64,000 nucleotides of DNA from Perna viridis (lineage: Eukaryota). Below are positions 43,458 through 55,584 of this stretch, piece after piece (position 1 is the stretch's first letter; the number at the start of each line of letters is the position of its first letter). Made by a program: the position numbers and the translations under genes. The notes below the pieces were generated by a model that was given only the letters and a program-made list of their open reading frames with translations, searched no databases and had not been told where the DNA came from. The stretch is from the NCBI GenBank assembly GCA_037379345.1, contig CM074517.1:31310001-31374000 (forward strand), written 5' to 3'.

Positions 43458-46400
43458 ATGATGCATATACTCAGAAACAAATTCTCAGGGATAGTTTCAA
43501 CTCGCAAATCGACAATGGAAAGACAAAAACTGATCAGGAGAGTTGGAAAACGTGGGAAATATAAAGGCCAGTTCTTAAACCCATGTGGAGTAGCCGTTAC
43601 AAAATCAGGTTTGGCTAAGTTATCTAGATACCGATATTGATACAGAAGAACATATTGTAAACCTTTCACTTTTTAGTAGGAAATCTTAAGTAACAGTCAT
43701 CAAATTCCATTGAACAATATGTAAATAACCATGCAGTTTCGCTTATAACATGAATCGATACGTCCCCTTTTCGGTTCTAAAAGTCCCAATAACCGGGATT
43801 CATCTAATAACGAAAGGAAGTTTTCTTCCATGGAGACAAATTGCACGTGAGGACGGACGGACAGACACGGAATACCATAATACGTTCCAGACTTAAAGAC
43901 GGGCGAGTAAAATGGAAAGTACATTCATTGTAGTACACTTTTACATGCATGAACCAGTGAATTGTTCCTATTTACATGTAACATTAACTCAGATAATGGG
44001 CTGATAATGTTAACATAATAGTCTTCAGTGATCAAGGCCGTAACAGTAATAATGCCTTATATTATATATTTAGATTAAAATATACCATTTTTGTATATGC
44101 ATAATACGTGTTTGTTTAAATCCTATATTGTTTACCCTATATTGAATACCCTATATAACACCTCTATACCTATATCGCATATCCTATATCGCACCCGTAG
44201 ACCTATATTGCATACCCTATATCACACCCCTAAACCTAAATCGCATACCCTATATCACACCCCTTCACCAACCATATTTAAAGTATAGTTAATATATATA
44301 TATATGATATAATGAACATGACATGTTAAAATCTGTATCACATGACATGTCATGCCGGTGGTCTTTTGGGTGATACAAGAGTCTCGGTTTGATACTGCAT
44401 GTGATACTGATTTTGACATTTAATATTCAGTTTACATCTTATACATCTTGGGGGCGTATATAGCCGGGAGCCACAGGTGCAAGTCGAAAACATTGTGCGA
44501 GAACAGCTCAGACGCCCAATTAGTACCTATTCTTCTCCCCTGTACGACTTATTTATGCTATTGTCCCATTTGTCCTCTAGATTTGTTTTACACTTAATCA
44601 ATATGATCCTTCTTTCTTCTCAGATGACAATATTTCCATAACAAAGTGAGAAGTTTGATAAATTTTTTTATGAAAGCTCAAATTTCCCTATAGAAATTAT
44701 TTTTATTCCGGTTTAAATGTAATGAAATTTAAGGTATACAGTTGCATATTAAGCTTTCTGAACATAAACATCTCCTATCTAACACATAAATACATGTACT
44801 TGAAAAAAAAATTGTCTTATCAGTGTTAATATGTAAGAATTACATGCTTTTATCGCTCTGCGCAGATAATGATAAATAATTTATACACTTTTCCTTATAT
44901 ATAGAAACAGGAATCCTCAAGGCTGTTGTACAATGTACATTGCCTGGTACAATCATTACTCCAGCATTCTTGTAGATTAATTACAGTGGTTAGTAAAAAA
45001 AACAACTTGCACTTTTGCGCACAGCTTTATACTGAAGTAACAACATGGCTATTCAAAATATAGTTCCGTTTAATTTTTATTGAATTTAGTTAAAAGGGGT
45101 GGGGAAGGTAGAGCCCCTTGTGCACGAAAATGCTGCTTGTCTATAGCAAAAACTGCAAATCACTGGAATGAATTTATTCAGTGCCCCTTTTTCGGAATTC
45201 CTGGATTCGCCACTGCCGAGTCACAATTTGGTTGAGTGGTATCTACAAACCAGGTAGAGAATTCGCTTATTTATGCAAAATTGGTATTTATTGTTTTCTC
45301 TACATCTTAGCCAGTCCCGTTCTTGGTTTGTGCATGGCTGTTAGGATAGTGATGGCTAAAAAAGTGACTTATGCTCGTGTTAAATGGCTGCTGGCATTCG
45401 CCTCATGCAGCATTTCTAGCTCGATATAGAAAATGGTGTTCCCCTCATTTCTTGTAACATCCATTTCTTTATTAGCTTCTTCTCGGTTTCTTTATCATGT
45501 ATTTCATGTCTTCCCGTACCTCTCGTTTTATAATGTTTTAATCCCAACTGAAATAGGATACTGATGGTAAAAATGCGGTTAACTATAGCATTTTGATATA
45601 TAAAAGGGGCGTATCCTTTATGATGAAAATAAATCTACTTTGTTCTTATTCAAGCCATTACTTAACATTCTCGTTCATTTGTATTTTCATGTTTATAAAT
45701 AGGACTTATATTCTATTTTGGATTTGTTATATTATTTTCTCGAGTCAAGTATGATCTTGTTTATAACCTTTTAAATCATTCAAATGAACAACTTTCTCGG
45801 TTGAATGGCCTATAATCTCCTAAACACTATATACTAGCTTACCATATAATTTTCTGATGTGACAGACTTGTATTCTTCACGTTGTTTAAACGGGGCAATG
45901 GCGGGTTTAGGGGGTTTCTGGTTTTGGGTAAACAATGCCCATAATAGCATAGAAGCCCACTATTTTCTGAAACCCCCTCTTTGGGTTCGCCACTGCGGGA
46001 TATATACATATTACATTTACATAAATTTTATAATTGTCTGAGCATATACAAATATGTGTATAAGCATAGGGGCGAGTGGTCCTTGACTCTTATGAAATTG
46101 ATTTTTATTGTTATATTTTATGTCATAAGATGGAAAAATAACAAGGAAGCAATGCATTTCAATGAACAATGGAGCAACATTGTATAATACCACATGTGAA
46201 TGCTTCATGCATTTTAGGTAAATTTGGGACCTCTTTTGTAAAACTGATATTAAAGTTTAACATGATATAATTTTCGGATGGACAAACGCATGGATTCAAA
46301 ATCTAAATAGCAATTTACTTTGTTCTTTAATAATTATCTAAACTGTCTTCAAACGTGTGTGACATAAAAATACAATTAATCACAAACTCGTCATGCGCAG

Positions 46401-48008
46401 TGTCAACTCTGGTTGCTTAATGTTTTCGTTTCATACATGTAACGTATAATTATGAATGTAGTCATACTGGTTTAAATTTCATATGTCACGATTTTATTAA
46501 TAATTTCAAACATTTTCTAAATATTGATAAAGCGCTCGTGAAAACGAAGGAAAGGGCAGGAAAATGCACGTATACAAACACAATATTTTTTTTCATTTTG
46601 AGTTTATCTATTTGCTCCTCTGTTAATTGAAAACACATGCATCAAGGGAATACGCCCCGTGCAGATCCGGGCGTTGAAGAATAGGCCTGCAGCAGCGCTA
46701 AGCTTGTCGTAAAAGGCGACTAAATAGTGCTCAGAACCCTAGCCGGGGGCTAGAGCGCTCTGCCCACAGAGCAACTGGGATGTGTGCCCCAGATGGTGGA
46801 ATGGGGTACCCCTGGTGTGTTACATGCTGGGGTTGACAGGCTATAATACGGAAAACCTGTCCGCAAACCATAGTGGTGCACCGTGTTGGGAAAGATGCCA
46901 CGTTCCTCGCACGTTAAAGAACTCTACTGTGGTATTCTCCCGGAGTAAGAACCATAGGGCTCCGCCACAGGAGGCTAAATTGCCCGACCCTAACCACCTT
47001 TCCCTATTTCCAGTTGCAATCAAAATTTGTCGACCCCATTGTCCTTGTGTCCCATCCCTTTTTCATTTCATCATCATTTCATGTTCATTTTATCATCAAT
47101 TTCATGTTCATCGTCTGAATATAGCTAAAATATTGCTGCTCGGACGTTAAACCCCAACAAACAAACAAAACAATATATTTAACACAATTGTTTATCCTAT
47201 AATTCCAGGTGATATTGTGATCGCAGACACCGAAAACCACAGAATCCAAATTTTCACAATGGAAGGAAATTTTAAATCAAAGTTCGGATGTAAAGGTTGT
47301 AAACCAGACCAAATACATTTTCCAGTTAGTATTGCAATGACCAAAAATGACGTCGTGGCTGTAACAGACAGTGTTAACGCGTGCGTAAAATTGTTTTCTC
47401 TTGACGGACAACTGGTTCAGCTCGTGGGCTCAAGCGATGTTTTGGAAATACCGTATGGATTATGTTTGTCACACGATGAACATTTTATAGTAACAGATAT
47501 ATGCAAGCATTCGGTTGTTGTATTTGACAAAGATGGTAATAGTTGTCACTCGTTTGGTCAATATGGAAGTGAACCACGTGAATTTGACCATCCTTACCAT
47601 GTGACGGTTGATAAGGATAAACATATATATGTTTCCGATTCTGGAAACAGTAGCATTAAGCTCTTCACGTTTGAAGGAAAGCTTCTGAGATATTTTACTC
47701 ACAAAGAATTCAAGTTGCAAAACGAGATATTTGTGACGTTGAACGGTCTTTGTGTTGATAGCGAAGGAAACTTGCTTGTGACTTGTAATGCTGGAATCTA
47801 TATATTACTCAAAAATGGTCGTTTATGGGAAGTTTTGACTTCGGATGACGGGATAATGTGCCCAAAATCCTTAGCCATAAGCTCGTGCGGTAGGATGATT
47901 GTTACACAAAATGACAGTGAAAAAATAAACGAATTCGGAATCTTCCATTACAACCCGGAACACTTCCGGTCATTAAATTCTGCTCAGTTCTATGCAATCA
48001 GTATATAG
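43458..48008 (+). CDS. NHL-repeat beta-propeller protein (TRIM2/3/71-like NHL domain only), exons 43458..43608 + 47209..48008, about 316 aa
   Basis: The splice G|GT joins [30 protein letters not shown], a canonical NHL repeat. Further repeats: HFPVSIAM..VTDS, EIPYGLC..VTDI, FDHPYHVTVD..YVSDSGN, NGLCVDSEGNLLV, MCPKSLAIS. Start codon uncertain (43458, 43461 or 43515). Confidence 0.85.
44135..44265. repeat. ~33-bp degenerate tandem repeat x4
   Basis: CCTATATYGCATACCCTATATCACACCCCTA-like units. Confidence 0.75.
45896..45995. mobile_element. Short MITE of the CAGTGGCGGATCC-ended family
   Basis: CAATGGCGGGTTTA...TGGGTTCGCCACTG. Related ends at 45200-45216, 50878-51046, 53707, 60370-60493 and 62086-62233. 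Confidence 0.5.
46655..47168 (+). mobile_element. SINE-like retroposon with structured non-tRNA head, copy C (sense in NHL-gene intron)
   Basis: Colinear with copies A and B from the same CCCC 5' end to the GGACGTTAAACCCCAA(CAAA)n tail. No clear TSD. Confidence 0.88.
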
Positions 48009-50877
48009 CTATACATAAGCAAGCTGTAATTGAATTGATTATGATTTATGTTTTCATTTTATAAAAAAAAAGTCTATATAAGTCTGGACTTGATTAATTT
48101 GAATAGTAGACAGTGATTGCATGAAGCAAAATCTTTTTCACATTCCTATCTACCGTCTTCTGATATATCATTCCGCTAGTCTTAAGGGCTTTGAAATAGC
48201 GAAGATACCTTGCGTAGGAGACAATCTCCTCCGCAGACAAATAACCTCGTTCTGATTTACTAGTCACTTCGTTGGCTTATGTATAGGCTCTTCTTTACAG
48301 GATGTAAAATAAATTCACGATAGATATATATATACACTACTCATTACAAATCCGCGAATGTAGTGTACTAATTTGCATAAAGGAATGGGGGTTTAGCAGG
48401 TTCAAAATTTTAAGTTGTGAAATGACCCTCTGCACAAGAGATGCCATTTCAAAGTGAGATGAAATGTTCAAGTACCCAGACGAATACCTACTTCTGCGGA
48501 TGTTTAATCTTATTCTCAAGCATAAAATTCTCTATTTTACGACAAGGTTTTAGATCATTAATGACTTTTATGTAGAAAATTCCGTTTAATTGGATCAGAA
48601 ATGGGGCTGAATCCAGAAAAGGCTATGTTTGACCTTGTTCCATACCAATTCTTGACTTTACAACACCTAGCTAATGTACACTCCCTGGTTCAAGATAGTT
48701 TTCATTGTATACCAATTAAATGATCAACTGTATTTTTACCGGAAATCTTTAGATTTGTAAATGTATAGATATTAGATATGCTTACACGATGATCACACAG
48801 AAAAGTTTTAGTTTATATTAAAAATATTTAACAATGCATCCAAACAGCTATTCATCTGAAATCCAGATAATACAATCGAACGTTTGTTTTACTTTACATG
48901 TATATTTAACATTTTAAAAAGCAGATGTTACACCTGAAACAGATGGAAAAATTTAAATTAAAAAAATTGATAAATGAAATTTTTTGGGAAAAAGATAAAG
49001 TACAACATTTTAAGGCATGTCACTGAAATAGAAATAGAGATTTCGTGCAGTCTACATTAGGGTAAACCAGACTGAATATCTGTCCTTCCATATCGCAAAG
49101 ATCGTGGACAAAGGGGGGAAACTCCACATGACTGTATTTTAAAATGATCCGTACTGCACGATATTAATTGTATAAAAAAGGCACGTGATGGATAATATTT
49201 CATAACAACAGTCACTTGCGGATCTCATAAATGATGAAATGAAGTATAAATATATGTAAACATATTAGAAACAAGACATATCTTGACCGACTTTTCATGT
49301 GAGGGGTTACTAAGGGGTTCAAACAGTGCCGAATAACTGTTCGAGATTTTAAGCATTAGAAGTTCCATTCTTAGACATAGATTCAAATTAGAATATAACT
49401 TATAAATATAGGAAGATGAGGGAGGCATTGATACTTTTGTTGAGTTATTTTCTTTGTCAGATGTTGATTAATATTGTTTTTGCCTACCCCTCGGTTGAAA
49501 TATAAATAAACACAATGTTGATATAGGTCATTATCACAAGGTCGAAAAACAACATTTATACATTTACCAAACCACCACTAGTTATTTCTTATTAATGCTT
49601 AACTTTAGTATGAGGCGGGGTATTGGTCTAAACTATTATTATTGAAGGTCTAGGAGGTCCTAACTTATAAATGGACCCCAAGAATTCGATTTCAGGACCT
49701 CCTTAAATATTAGAAGAGCTCCTGAAATAAAACAATTACTTGTGAAGGTCTTCAGAAAATTCAGAAGATCACAAAATCAAATTGTGGAGGTCCATAAATA
49801 ATTCAGGAGGTCCTGAAATTGAATAAATAAGCAATGACCTCCTTATATTATGATATTTTTTATTCATTCTGCCTCACAAGTTCGGCAATGTATTTGAAGA
49901 AAAAAATACGACAAAATTACTTAATCCTGTATTCCTTTGAAAAAGTGGCAGGGGCACATACTCAACATCGTCCGGGTCGTCTGTTAAATATACCTATGAC
50001 ATTTTTTGTTGAGTCTCATGATTGTACAATATTGACATCTATGATTGACTCCCAGTAACGGATTCAAAAATGCATAAAAAAAAAGGGATCAAGGCTGACT
50101 GCTCATTTTGCTCACGTTTTACCCAAAATTGGTACCGTTTTATGATAAAGAAGTGGGGGCTGACTGCTCTATTGCGTTCATGTTCTACCCAAAATTACTG
50201 CATGAGCACCATTTTACAAAGAAGTCCCGTTGAATCCACCGAGATTTCCTTTCAATCAAAATTGGTTAGTTGGTTTATGTCTAAAAATTAACTCGGAAAA
50301 TATTACATAAAATGCACGTGCGTGCCATGTTTAATGGAAAGTATAGCGTGTCTGGTGTCACGTACGTAATAACATTATATAATTTAATAGACAATTAAAT
50401 TCTACGTGTATGCATATATTGTTTTGATATCTAGTTTTCAGCCAGTCTTGTATCCTTGTTTCATATGCTTTTTTCCCCATAATGTGAAATATTATTGTTA
50501 AGTGTCCCTTTTTCTTGGCTTATACAGACAGTATGAAATGACTCGGAAATTCAGAATAATTAAAACTGTTTCCTGAAAATTCGATCTGTCTACACCGCAA
50601 GATATATACTTTTCAACTTTTCAACTTCACAACCTCATATCCCTGAAGTTTTTTTTGAAGGCGGAAAGATCGATAAGACGGCTTCCATCTAATAAAATGG
50701 AACACTCACATAAATATGATGGGTCCAAAGCAATGCCAATGAGACCGTGTAGTTAGGTTCAGTGGCGTACATGCGTCCATCAGCCCTCAGATTACACAAC
50801 TCAGTAGTCTAAGACTTTGAAATATTAATGGGTCAGGTATAAACTCCCATTTGATAGGATATTTTTGACGATTGAAT

Positions 50878-51046
50878 GAGCGGCGGATTCAGAGGGGGTG
50901 CATGGGGCGCCAACACCCCCTTTTTATAGGACAATTTGTCATTTTCATGTGTAAAATTGACAAAGAATGGCAATGTCCGTCCACCCCTATTTTTTAGGAG
51001 CCCCGGCTAGCATCCTTTTTTTTCAATGTGTCTGGATCCGCCCCTG
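50878..51046. mobile_element. MITE with GGCGGATCC-type TIRs
   Basis: GCGGCGGATTCAGA...TCTGGATCCGCCCCTG. Confidence 0.65.
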
Positions 51047-53598
51047 TGCATGAGTACTGTACTGGGATTTTCCTTGCACAAAAATGTGTATTGTGGGTTC
51101 AAGATATCTAGTTTCTAATTACATCTAAATGAGTTACAGGTAAGTTTAGATGTTTTATGTATCAAAATTCATTGAAAAAGGGAGATGACTCTTTATTTTT
51201 GTTATGAACAATTTATATGTTATTCATTCTAATCAAAATTGGGCCTATTAATTGTTTCATTCAGTCACTAAATGCAACGACTGAAAGGAGCAATTGATAA
51301 GTCTAAGTGGCTGTATGGAACAATTGATAGCTCTAATTTTAATTAGCTGGTATGGTATTTCAAAAGAGATGATATTTTATGCAGTATTCTTAGCCTGATG
51401 ACTCTGCACCTTTGTTTACTTTAAAATCATCTTCTGAGCCATCTATTGTCGATTTAAAACATATCTTTGAATTCATACATTTTGTATTATGTAAACATTA
51501 CATTAAAACAACAAATTCAGTGGGGAAATATTTAAGGTGTGCCAACCATGGCATAAATCGGTTTGCCTGATTTCTACATGAACATCCTCTTAATTGGTTC
51601 AATTGAAACACTTTTAATTTGACTTCATCAATGGTAATGGTCCTGTGAAGGGAGGGGAACCGGACCATAACCTTTGGGCAGCGAAGAAGTAAATGAGTAT
51701 GTTATATTACATGCAATCAGAATAATGTTTGACAGAATTGAAATTTTTTTGACGGATAGGGATATGTATATGCAATATTATAAGAATCGTGCTTTTTTTC
51801 TCGTTATACTTGTGCCATAATAAAAATATTTTCAAATGAAGGGGTAGGATAGAACGTTCTTTCTTATTATCCGGTGTCTTCACATGCAGAAAACCTCACC
51901 GTTTATATTTCTAAGATCAGTATTTATATACTGAGACTTCATATTTTTATGGTTTATTTGTTTTTTAGGGTGGTCCTGATTGTCTGTTGTTCGTTTGTGG
52001 TACTGTTTTAATTTATACTTGTTGCATTAATAGTTCGTATATCACTAATTAAGGGCACTTCAATTCTGCAATTATTTTATAGTAAAACGTCAAAAATTTA
52101 GGTGAAGTATATATGACACAAAATACCTGGCTTGGCAATTGCTTTCTTATTTTATAGGACAATGATTAATATGGAGCTAATAATGTATTAAATAGTGCTC
52201 AGCTGTGTGGATGTTTGACATACAAATCCTAGTTCAAATCTCGATCCAAGTTGTTCTTTTTGCTGATTGCTCTCCTCACGACAGGGCACTAGATAATATC
52301 TATCAAATAAATAAATTAGAACGTATTCCATTATTACCACGGCTGGTACATAAATATTCTGAATTCACATGTAAGGTTTGTATTGAAGTACTAGTAAATC
52401 CGCTTCCCTTAGGCAAACACTATAATAGATCATCACATCACCTATCTTGTTCTAGTTACATCAGCAAATTTAGTCTGCATGACATGTTTCGTATGCCAAA
52501 GGCTTTAGGTAGGGATTTTGTTTAATTAGTTTGTCTGTTCGTCCGTTATTCATATATTGCTAAATTGACGTGTTCTTTTATAAATGATATAACTGGGCTT
52601 GTTATCTCATTCAACTTGTTCGGGCGGGGGATTGTTACAAAGGCAATTTTAGTCAGCATGAAATGTCTTATGTGCCAAAGAATTTCATAGTTGTTAAATT
52701 ATAATTTGTCTTTTCGTCTGTTATCTATAGATTGCTTGGTGTGTTTTTTTTTATAACCAGAGTAACCATGCTTTCTATTTCTGTTGATGTAGTTAAGGGG
52801 AGACAATGCTGCTTTGCAATCCGAACACACAATGGAAGCCAACAATACCAGTTTACTCCATGCACGAATAAAACAAAATCATTCACTGTCTACATTTGAA
52901 TAATTTGAAGAAATCAGGAAGGTGTCCATTACTTCTATACAACGTAAGAGGTTGGAATTCCGTTCGGTTCCTCCATACCCCGATACTAGGTCTAAAAATG
53001 ATTTGTCATGCAGACAACCTTAAGAATTGCTGGAGTAGATGACCATTGGCTTGATATTGTCAAGTATGTTAATAGGGTATGTATGACTCGTCACATGACT
53101 GTGGTTTTACAAGAATGGGTCCTAATCTACCATTCAAATGCATGGAGACTTTTTTCATTTTCGTAGTGTTGAGTAAAACATTTTTCTGTTTAAAAATACT
53201 GATAAACAATGACAAATATACATTTCTACATGATAAAAGAAGTATCAAGAAAACCAATAAAGAGAAGTTTTGCTATGTAGCGCAGCGTTTCGAAATCCCG
53301 GAAGTATAAATAGTAAAATGCAGATCGGTCTTCGTATTTCAATAAGTTCTACATAGAAAATTCCGGTATGGAAAATGAATCTAGAACGAGACTTACTAAC
53401 ACTATTTAACCGTGTCTGCCCGGCAAACCTATATGGTGGTCTTTAAAGTGTGCCAGAAAAAAAGGTTTGTTACATAACGAACGCATCAATTTAAGGCGGA
53501 CGATCACATCAATCTACTTTTTTTTCCAAAAACCACTGGGACATGCTCTCTGTATCAAATACCCGGCCCCATTAGTATGCAACCTCTATCAAATATGG

Positions 53599-53626
53599 AG
53601 CCCCACTAGTATATACTAGTGGGGCT
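53599..53626. repeat. Perfect 28-bp palindrome upstream of HEXIM
   Basis: AGCCCCACTAGTATATACTAGTGGGGCT equals its own reverse complement. Confidence 0.9.
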
Positions 53627-54705
53627 GCATAAAAACGAAGCTATGTCACTCGATATTTTTGTGCTAAGTTCATCGACCAGGTTTTCACATCGACAAATTT
53701 TATACGCAGTGGTGGATCCAAGACCCGAGATCCAAGCTGATGTCCGGAACTTTGTTTAGAAATAGAGCAAATAGTACACCGGGATCTCCTTTCCGAATAC
53801 TTATTTTAAAGTTCAATACTAGTTCCTATTAAAATTAATCTCGTTTGAAATTTAAAATCGTGTTAAATATCAATTTAGATCAACGTATAATGCATAGCTG
53901 AAAATGTATCTCGCAAGAATGTTGGTTTTTTTTCTTCTTTCAATCTGGGACTACTAAAAACAGAAGTTCACTTCAGTCATTGAATATTTAAAATTCCAGT
54001 TTCAATACACTTTCTGTATTGAATCTTCTAATTCTCAAACATATGTGAATAAGTTTAAGAAATTTTCCCATCTCCAGTTTCCGATTCCAAAAGGTGTGAC
54101 TCCATTTGTAAAATGACAACTAGCTTTTACAGTAACTTATTTGAGTTTAACAGTTGCACCTGTCGCCTCCCCCTTTTTACTGTCACTTTCTTAGACCTGC
54201 ACTTTAACATTCGCTTTTATGCTCCGCTTTAATCATATGCCACATAACTTTAAGAAGGCAAGAAAATTCAACCAAATATGAAAGTCTGGTTCAAAACATT
54301 ACAACAAATACATATAACTATTTTTTCCTGTAGATCGTAGCAAAATTATATTACTTCGCGGTATTTAGGAACTATTTTCCACCAACAATAAACATACAGA
54401 TTTTAAGTCTCTTTTCTATTGTCATTGTTGAATCTGCGAAGAAATGTTGAAAAATTGATTCCTATCACCTAAAATACATCTTTGGAATTGTTATTTTGTT
54501 GGAACACTACTGTCATGTCTAGATTTCAATGTTGATACGGCCATTTGGGTTTACTTTCCATGGCGGATGAATAAATTTTCGACTTGTATATAAACCCAGC
54601 CAGCAAAATTGTTGTCAGTTGTCGCGTAGACAGCGTACTGTATAACTCACGCTAATATGATCTTTGACTTTTTGAACAATAACAAACTTGTCAAAATTAT
54701 TTTCG

Positions 54706-55584
54706 ATGTCTTTGAAAGCCAACGGTTCAGCGATGATGGAAGCAGACTTTTCACGGGGTGACGAAAAAATGGACGCAACGACGGGAATGAAGGGAAGTCC
54801 GTATCGGGAGCACGAGAAAGAAAACCTCAACTCCTTTGGTGAACCCCAAAGATTAGAGGCGATCGATAGTAAAGAATCCGACAGAATAGAGATCGGTGAG
54901 AAGAAGAAAAGGCGTAGGAGGCGCCCTAAGGGAGGTATGAAACACAAGAAATATAAACCTTATGATAAACTTAGCTGGAGCGAACGACGAGATTTGGAGG
55001 AAAAAGAAACGGTTCGTGCTAATCAGAAAAGGGAAGATGCTTTCAAGCATGGACACCCCGTTGCACCATATAACACTACTCAATATTTGATGGAAGACCA
55101 CATTCAGAACGAAGAGATTCACCCGGATTTGCATACAGAGGGACAAATTCATAGGAATAATTCTCGAGAATCGAGAGAAGGATTAGGTGAAAGTTCTGAA
55201 TCGTCAGAAGAGTATTCCTCAACTAATTCCGAAGATGAGGAAATTGAAAATGACAGTTCTTATCAAGAACATCAATTTACGGAAACGTATGATAATATGG
55301 CAGCGGAAAGGTTGAGAAATATGAGTAAAGATGAACTGATTAAAGATTATGTTGAACTAGAATCCAAACTGGACAGACTCGAAAAGAGATATAAAAGGCG
55401 ACAGATGCGTTCAAAGGACGGTGACAGTTCTGGATCATTGAGTTCGGGCGGTGAAGATTTTATTGATGTTGAAGTTTTGAAACGCTTTCAAGAAGAAAAT
55501 GCTAAGTTAAAAGAGGAAAATGAACAATTAAAGAAAAAAGTTGAAAATTTGCCTGGGACTGAATGTGCTGAACTTGAAAATTGA
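54706..55584 (+). CDS. HEXIM: HEXIM protein (7SK snRNP / P-TEFb inhibitor), single coding exon, about 292 aa
   Basis: Basic RNA-binding motif KKKRRRRRPK, then KPYDKLSWSER, signature VAPYNTTQYLMEDH, acidic region, and C-terminal coiled coil LRNMSKDELIKDYVELE. First in-frame ATG at 54706 (alternatives 54733, 54736). Confidence 0.95.
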   Translation: MSLKANGSAMMEADFSRGDEKMDATTGMKGSPYREHEKENLNSFGEPQRLEAIDSKESDRIEIGEKKKRRRRRPKGGMKHKKYKPYDKLSWSERRDLEEKETVRANQKREDAFKHGHPVAPYNTTQYLMEDHIQNEEIHPDLHTEGQIHRNNSRESREGLGESSESSEEYSSTNSEDEEIENDSSYQEHQFTETYDNMAAERLRNMSKDELIKDYVELESKLDRLEKRYKRRQMRSKDGDSSGSLSSGGEDFIDVEVLKRFQEENAKLKEENEQLKKKVENLPGTECAELEN

